From Octopus bimaculoides (lineage: Eukaryota): 43,396 bases of DNA. The position numbers were made by a program, and so were the translations under genes. The DNA is taken from positions 168,447,915-168,491,310 of the forward strand of contig NC_068981.1 in NCBI RefSeq assembly GCF_001194135.2. Reading direction: 5' to 3'. The notes under the pieces are model-generated. The model worked only from the letters and a program-made list of their open reading frames with translations, did not search any database and was not told where the DNA came from. Positions 35,950-43,396 of this stretch are shown piece after piece. Each line of letters opens with the position of its first letter. Positions within the stretch are counted from its first letter, which is position 1.

Positions 35950-36610
35950 AAATTTTGGAAGGTGGGTACAGTTGATTATTCTGTTCCTAGTACTTGATTG
36001 GTATTTTATTTTGTTGATTTTAGAAGGCTGAAAGGCAAATTTGACCTTGATGAAATGTAAACTCAGAATGTAAAGAGCCAGATCAATTACTGCAGGACTT
36101 TTTTTTTTACCACTCTCTAATGATTCTGTTAATCCACCAGCTACATTAATAAGTAATAATTGTTTCTAATTTAGACATAAGGTCAACAGTTTTGAGGGAG
36201 AGGATTAGTTGATTAATTTGACCCAAGTACATGACTAGTACTTTATTCTATTGAACCCCAAAAGATACCATATTTGACCTTAGCAGGATTTGAACTTGGA
36301 ACATAAAGAACCAGAAAGAATACTGCAAGGTGTTCTTCTGCTAATGCTCTAACCATTGTGCCAAGTCATCCTATCATAATAATAATCCTTTCTACTAAAG
36401 GCAAAAGGACTGAAATTTTGAGGGAGGTGGCGAGCTGATTTCATCACTCCCAGTAACTTGGCTAATACTTGTTTTATCAATCCTAAAAAGATGAAAAGCA
36501 AAGTAGACCTTAATAGAATTTGAACTCAGAAATATAAATACAGAAGAAATTCTGTTAAGCACTTTGTCCAACATGCTAATATTTCTGCCAGCTCACCATC
36601 TTGCTCTGTT
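35950..36610 (-). mobile_element. Three tandem degenerate SINE-B copies
   Basis: aaaggcaaatttgacct/gaactcag motifs near 36030, 36275 and 36495. Confidence 0.75.
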
Positions 36611-36639
36611 ATAATAATAACAAGGGCAATGGATGGGAG

Positions 36640-38280
36640 AACGTTATAGGGACAAATTACAAAATATTGGGGCTTACACAGTAATTACTTGAATGAAAAA
36701 GAATGGTGGCACATACAGTATACAAATGTGTCCAGACAAGAACTGTCAGCTTGAACCAATTAAAGAGCTCAACAGATCAAGGATTTCTCTGATTACAAAG
36801 AACAAATGCTATTTCTCAGCTTTGTTCCTTGACCAATAGGCACATGCTGACTGCAGGCCCCTTTACACTGGCTGTTCTTGTTAATCACACCCACCTTTCA
36901 GGAAATTCACTGGAGGATAGAACTTCCCTCCTCACTCTCACCAACTGGAAGTTGAAGAAGTCAAAGGATTGGCCAAAAAGTAAAAGCAATTTCCATGTAC
37001 TGTCAACCTTGTCCATCACAGAATTTCTTTCATTATAGCATGCAACCAGACAGAGGAATACTGCCTTCTCTTACTGTCTAAAGAAAGATGGTGAGATAAT
37101 CTCCAACTGATTTATAAATCTCTCCCATATATAACAGTAACAGCTGTTTGATGTAACTTCTGCAAGTCAGCAATACTCAAATACTGAATGAGTGTATGCA
37201 GAATGGTCTTGTTTTTGTCTTCCTGAGAACATTTTGGACAGGATTAGCTGATAATGCTAATATGTCTCTAGAGTTTTTCCTGAACTGGTAATGCAGGTCT
37301 TCCCAAAGCACTGCAAATTGACGATTTCCTTGAGCTGAAGGTTCCCTGAGAACAGGCTGTTCGGTTGACTCTCATTGATGTCCAAAGATTCCTTGAGAAC
37401 TTATCATTTTTATCTGCCAAACTGTATTGAATGCAAAGCTTGATGTACTAGCCCCTGTGTTGATCAACTGATTGAATACTGTGACTGCCTGACAACATTG
37501 TAGATGCTAGGCAACCAATTTTGGTCTTCTCTCTTGACCCAGGACTGCAGCAGTAGGAAGATTTGGTTCACAAATGATGAAATCTTAAAAAAAAGTCTAC
37601 GAATCTTTGCAAAACCCTGCCACCTTACACTGGACCATCTGCACAAAGGGAGTTAGCAGTATATGAGTCTTCTGACCAGTGGAATGTGTTCTTTCCTTAA
37701 GAAGCAAAAGAATAGACATTGAAGCCAAGTTAGATGAAAACTGGAGCAAAGTAGAATAAACAAATGATAGTAAATAAAAGAGGCAATATATGCGTTCACC
37801 ACAAGTGTCTGAGATCTTTCAGCTTATTTCAGAGTGAGACTGGCCACTCAACTTGTAACCTAATCTTCATTAATATCCAAAAGCATCTCAAATGCATCTT
37901 AATAGAACCTTTGCTCCAGGAACTTAAGATACTGGTTGGCATGACCTGCCTCTCCACGTACTAAGTTGCAAGCTTACTATCATGGTGTCAGACATCACAG
38001 AAATCAAGATAGTCAGAAGGAATACATAACACAACCATGCATTAGCCAGTAGTGTAATCTGTTGCTGAATCCCATTTTTAAGACTGTGGTTTTTGAGAAC
38101 TTGAGGAATGCCAGAACGTTAACAAGGAGTTTCTGATTTTGCTCACATTCCACTTCAGAGAAGGCACCTGGCTGTTCCTCTCTTAACCTCACAATGAACC
38201 ATAATGATGTAATGGATGTTTTGGAAGGTCTGAAAATTTTTCTGAGAGAAACACTAATTTCCTTTGGTATAATACATAAA
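36640..38280 (+). mobile_element. Possible ancient L1/Tx1-type LINE remnant
   Basis: Weak motifs in the expected order: NWKLKKS (cf. G.WKLN.S), DEILKK (cf. D.KIL.K), SFSLFQS...CILIEPLLQEL (cf. Y.LA.EPLL..L). No intact YADD. Confidence 0.35.
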
Positions 38281-38425
38281 TGTGGAATGATGCCCGTCTT
38301 TTTTTAGCTATTTAATTAGTAATTTCCATTTTCTTTTGGTTAAATTTGATGCAGTTATTAAGAGATATTTGTATTCTATATTCATGAAATTAAAATATTA
38401 TCTTCTAAAAACAATAAATGTACAA

Positions 38426-38820
38426 AGAGGAGTGGGTGTGTGGTAAGTAGCTTGCTTACCAACCACATGGTTCTGGGTTCAGTCCCACTGTGTGACACCT
38501 TGGGCAAATGTCTTCTACAATAACCTTGGGCTGACCAAAGCTTGCGAGTGGATTTGGTAGATGAAAACTGAAAGAAGCCCATTGTAGATATGTATATATA
38601 TATATAAATATGTGTGTGTGTGTGTGTGTCTGTGTTTGTCCCCACCACCATCGCTTGACAACCGATGTTGGTGCATTTATGTCCCCGTAACTTAGTGGTT
38701 CAGCGAAAGAGAGATAGAATAAGTACTAGGCTTACAAAGAATAAGTCCTGGGGTTGATTTGTTCGACTAAAGGCAGTGCTCCAGCATGGCCATAGTCAAA
38801 TGAAAAACAAATAAAAGAAT
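38426..38820 (+). mobile_element. SINE family A, full length; a degenerate second head follows at ~38850-38960
   Basis: Family A head, core and tail. Confidence 0.9.
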
Positions 38821-39831
38821 AAATATTTATAGCTGTATTAAGTTCACTTGTAAATCATGTGGTTTCAGGTTCTGTCCCACTACATGGCATCTTAGGTATA
38901 TCTCTTCTATAACCCTGGGCTTTCCAGGTGATGCAAACTGAAAGAAGTCATTGTGTGTGTGTTTATAGGTGTTTGTATTTCATTGTGTTGACATTGTGCA
39001 ATTGTGTATTGTGCAATTGTGCATTTGTTGTAAATGGCATCACTGTCATACTTTACTCCCAATTTTTTGTGAAAATATGTCCAACCATGAGGACATCTCT
39101 CTTCAAAACAGGTGAGAGTTGAGAACAAGATATGGCGTTTATCTTTAGAATAGATGCCTCAACAAGCATGGAAAAGTGGACATTAAAACTATGATGTTAA
39201 ATGATGAAAGCCTAGTATGTTTACTTATCTTGCACCACTTATACTATCTCTTTTACTCTCCTCCCTAGACAATGTAAAGTGTGACTGGAGAAATCAATCA
39301 ACTAATAAGAATATTCTTCTTATTCTTTAAAAATAAACTGTCAAAAGACAATTACTGAAGGATACTAGAATGATAGATTAAACCAGGGCATAAAACTTCA
39401 GGTCATCCTCTTGTATTCTCCCAGCCTCTAACAAAAATGGTATTCTTCAACCCTTTGATCACAAATACTGTCTATTCAAATAAATTTAACAGAATGGATG
39501 TCTAAAAATTGTATGGTATACAATTGCACTGACTTAACTGCTGAACTCAGTGGAACCAGTCTGCTTCTATTGACAACGGTTTGGCTTCTAACTGACTATA
39601 GCCTGTAATCTAATTTGTTTTATTTTCTTATGAAGGTTATGCACTAAACAAAGTGTAATCTTTAATGCTTCAGGATTTAAATTGGTCATAATATTTTACC
39701 TGTTTTATGTTCAAATCAGCCATATCTGACCTCTCACACTAACCCTACAAAGTCATCTTAAAAATGAAAAGTCACATCATCAAAATCTTGAAGGTATAAG
39801 ATAGTGTATGATTAATTCAAAACAAAGTGAA

Positions 39832-40353
39832 ATCGAGATGGCACCTGTACCAGTGTGGCACGTAAATAGCACCAGCGTGATCGTTACCAACGTCGCCTTC
39901 CTGGCACTTGTGCCAGTGGCATGTGAAAAGACATTCAAGCAAGATCGTTCGTCGCCTTCCTGGCACTTGTGCCAGTGGCACATGAAAAGACATTCAAGCA
40001 AGATCGTTCGCCGCGTTCCTGGCACTTGTGCCAGTGGCACATGAAAAGACATTTGAGCGAGATCGTTGCCAGTGCCACTGGACTGGCTCCTGTGCAGGTG
40101 GCACGTAAAATACACCATTTCGAGCGTGGCCATCGCCAGTTCCACCTGACTGGCCCTCGTGTTGGTGGTACGTAAAAGCACCCACTACACTCTCGGAGTG
40201 GTTGGCGTTAGGAAGGGCATCCAGCTGTAGAAACTCTGCCAAATCAGATTGGAGCTCGGTGTCGTCTCCTGGTCCACCAGTCCTCAGTCAAATCGTCCAA
40301 CCCATGCTAGCATGGAAAGCGGATGTTAAAAGATGACGATGATGATGATGATG
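39832..40353 (+). mobile_element. Young RTE-tail element with no ORF, a (GAT)n tail and an 8-bp TSD
   Basis: TSD AAAGTGAA at 39824-39831 and 40354-40361. CpGs are retained. Confidence 0.88.
39892..40068 (+). repeat. Three 59-bp tandem units, each with a CTGGCAC-TT-GTGCCAG palindrome
   Basis: Units start at 39892, 39951 and 40010. Confidence 0.93.
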
Positions 40354-40589
40354 AAAGTGAATAAATAAATAAGTATTACATTTGACAGATTAATCTGAAT
40401 GCTAAAGGTTTAAATATCTTTCTAGGATTTTCTGGCTTCCATAATCCTAACAAATATAAGCAAACATAATTAATATTTTAAAGAGAACATTAATTAACAG
40501 AAGTAACCTCACCCAGCCTTCTAGCTACAGAGAATTTTACAGAACATGAATGCAACCATTCACTTCATTCTGTGGAACAACAAATAATA

Positions 40590-41020
40590 ATTTCTAATAA
40601 TAATTCAAGACCAACAATTTTGAGGGGAAGGAAGGATTAGTCAGATATATTAGGCTCAGAACTTGACTCAAATCTGTCATGAGTTACAGGACACATAAGG
40701 GTGGAGTTGAACCCACTTCCCATGGCATATAAATGTTTGAGATTAAAACACTCTCCTCTGAACAGAACACTGTGTTCTGTTTCTGAGCTTACGAGCATCT
40801 GTCTGGTCCTGAAGCATCCATTGTAGTTTCTGGTGGTAAGAAGTGGGATTTGAACTCGGAATGCTTAGAGCTGAAAGATATACTGCAAAGCATCATGTCT
40901 TGGATTTGTACTTTCTCAAATCCAAAAAGATTAAAGGTAAAACTGTTCTAGCCAGAATTTGAACTCAGAACACAAAAAGCTGGAACAGAAACTGCAACAG
41001 TATTCCATTCCATGCTCCAA
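40590..41020 (-). mobile_element. Degenerate SINE-B copies
   Basis: gggatttgaactcgg (~40845) and gaatttgaactcagaac (~40955) motifs, plus a tail near 40600. Confidence 0.55.
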
Positions 41021-41232
41021 TAGCTGCCTCTTCAATTTAAACATATGTACAATACTCAAACATATTTTCATGCATTATATATCTACACAATCACACAGGT
41101 ATGCATACTGTATATGCTATATATATATATGCATACACAAACACGTACAAGCACCAGTCTATTGGAGTAGTGGTCCCCAATCAGTAATGGCTTAGACTGT
41201 GATGATTCACCCAACCCATATCATATATAGAT

Positions 41233-41500
41233 ATGGTGTGGCTGCGTGGCAAGAAGTTTGCTTCCTAACTGCATGGCCCCAGGTTCAGCCCCACTGTGCG
41301 GCATCTTGGGCAAAGTGTCTTCTGCTATAGACCTGGGCCGAGCAAAGGCTTGTGAGTGAATTTGGTAGACAGAAACTGAAAGAAGGCGGGCGGGCGGGCG
41401 TGCGTGCGCAGGGCCTTCCAAAACCACTTGGCAACTAGCGCTGGTTTATTTACATCCCTTTTCAGTGGGAAAAAAACTGATAAAATAAGTTCTTGGATCA
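41233..41500 (+). mobile_element. SINE family A copy with a GC-rich central microsatellite
   Basis: Family A head and core to gaaagaag, then ggcgggcgggcgggcgtgcgtgcg, then a degenerate tail. Confidence 0.8.
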
Positions 41501-42324
41501 ATTTATTCAATGGGAAAGTTTTTGGCAAGTGAAAAATAAAAAAGCTAAAGGGTGTAGAAACACATATTTCTTTTGTTCATTTATTGGCAGATTCTTTCCA
41601 TGGTAGCTTGGGTGTGAGCGTGGAATTATTTGAAGCAGGATTTTGTGGTCGAATGCTCTTCCTATTGTTAGCCTTTACCAGTTTTCAAGTTAAGAATTCT
41701 TTTAATCCTACGAGTCCTTGAAAATGCAGTATGACTAGTCATAATGTCGACACCAATGAATAGCAAATGTGAAATAACAATAACCACACCCTTTTCCACA
41801 CAATAATTTTCATTGAATTGCTTGCAGTTTCCCTTATGAAGCATTGGCTGACCTAGAAATCAAATGGTTGTGAAACAAATTTTTTAACCATAGCCTTTCC
41901 TTTGCCTATTACATACACACATGCACACATACAAATCCAATATTTTAGTCAACTGAAAGTTTCATTATCACAGTAGCACAAACAACCTTCAAGGAGATAA
42001 GGTTACTTAAACCACTTGGGTCAGTGCCAACAAATGATTCATGGGGCAAAATCTTATAAACCCTCTTGGGACACAAAGTGATACAAGCTGAAAGGACTTT
42101 GAGGCCAATCCATTGGTCTGATGAAACAAATGTTGTGAATGGTTGGTCTTGAAGTGTAATAGCTAATCAGAAATCATCTTTTAGTAAATGTATCTTGTGT
42201 GTCTCAAAAGGGTTAAATATCTCTTGTTGTGAAAATTTTAAGTGAAACTATTAACAAAGGTTGGGGGTAAGAAAAAGAAAATTCCAGCTAATAACTGGAG
42301 CATCAAGGACGATGTTTAATTCTT

Positions 42325-42555
42325 TCTATTTTAGGTACAAGGCCTGAATTTGGTGGGGTGGGGACCAAGTCAATTACATAGTTTGAGCAGAAATTTTTGA
42401 GACAGTTTCTCAGTCAAATACCCTTCTTCATACCAGCTCTTATAGTTAAGACTCAACTAATACTTATTTTATCTCAAAGGATAAAAGGAAAAGTTGACTT
42501 CATCAGCATTTGAACTCAGAATATAAAGATGGACGAAATGCCATTAAACATTGAT
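42325..42555 (-). mobile_element. Degenerate SINE-B
   Basis: aggtacaaggcctgaatt...aaaggataaaaggaaaagttgac...tttgaactcagaatataaagatggacgaaatgcc. Confidence 0.65.
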
Positions 42556-42645
42556 GCAATGTACAAAAAACTTAATTAGAAACATCAATAAAATGATGTA
42601 AAAATTAAAATCATATATGTATATTTATAGTATATATATGTATAT

Positions 42646-42681
<36 letters not shown>

Positions 42682-43396
42682 GCATGTGTGTGCCATGAAA
42701 TGCAAAATATAACTGAAGTTTGGGCTCAGTAGCTTCTTCACTCCACTCCTATATCCATGCAGTATGTGGGGCACCAAACCACAGGATAGGCTAGTATGAT
42801 GAATATAAGCCATATAATAAAAAAATAGAAAACATATGGGAATTCATGTTTTATAAAATATACTTGCATTTTGGCAAATTATTGCCAGTAATAGTTTAAA
42901 ATACCATATATGTTTTCTGTATTTTATTGATACTATACACACACACTTCTCTCTTTCTGACTGGGGTAGCCATGTATTTCGTCCACTGAATGACATCAGT
43001 TTCTATTAGGGCTCGCAAAAAAACGATAATTCCCAAAACCGAGTTTAAGTACAAGTAATTCTCAAAACCGGCTAAAAACTGGTTTTCGTGGATTTAGAGC
43101 GGTGTCCCTGTAACGAAGAAGTTTGTCATATATTGTATTTTGTTTATATACATACACAGAGAAAGAGAGAAAGTAACAGTTTGACTGATACCCACAAATA
43201 TGTTGGTGGTGCCTGTATCTGTATCTATGTACAAATAACAACAAAAAATAATGGTATTATATTTATTTAATCAGGAATGCAACGTTTTTCCAAGTCGTAT
43301 TTTTGAGAATCAATCAAGTTTCTTGACTTGATGATTCACTTTCCTTCGAAAATAATCTTTTAAAAAACACAATGCATTCAGTGTTCTCCTGCTATT

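Larger units (their letters stand above)
39662..40413. mobile_element. TTAA MITE family 1 split by an RTE-tail insertion
   Basis: Left half 39662-39831 and right half 40354-40413 (ending gctaaaggtttaa) are collinear with 11499-11707. Confidence 0.75.

Noticed and set aside
39892-40068. Palindromic direct repeats resembling a CRISPR array
   Set aside because: The units are contiguous with no unique spacers, there are no cas genes, the context is eukaryotic, and the array lies within a retroelement tail.
41590-41720. Acceptor-like ttattggcAG followed by an open frame
   Set aside because: The downstream sequence resembles a decayed RTE tail (ttccatggtagcttggg...gaatgctcttcct).

Overview
AT-rich, repeat-dense animal genomic DNA with six N-gaps (12370-12379, 21140-21149, 22322-22679, 26294-26695, 29805-30376, 31110-31190). 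The SINE and LINE families look like those I recognise from octopod cephalopods (inference, not database-checked). I could not support any host protein-coding exon. The one clearly intact gene is a tRNA-Gly(CCC) at 5906-5976, inside a CpG-retaining, promoter-like stretch (~3330-6050). The rest is a layered transposon landscape. Retroelements: at least four SINE families, RTE-clade LINE fragments and RTE-tail elements, a CR1/L2-type RT fragment, two restriction-like-endonuclease (R4/Dong-like) LINE 3' ends sitting in microsatellites, and a possible decayed L1/Tx1. DNA transposons: mariner, Tc1, Tigger/pogo, MULE and hAT remnants, TTAA-flanked (piggyBac-like) MITEs, a hAT MITE with a perfect 8-bp TSD, and a Helitron-like element. 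The most notable structures are a ~245-bp fold-back hairpin, a closely spaced inverted pair of young SINEs, a three-level SINE-in-SINE nest, SINEs that swap modules, and a 59-bp palindromic VNTR in an RTE-tail element. I found no evidence sufficient to claim a wholly new biological system. Family names come from motif recognition by eye, and boundaries of decayed repeats are approximate.
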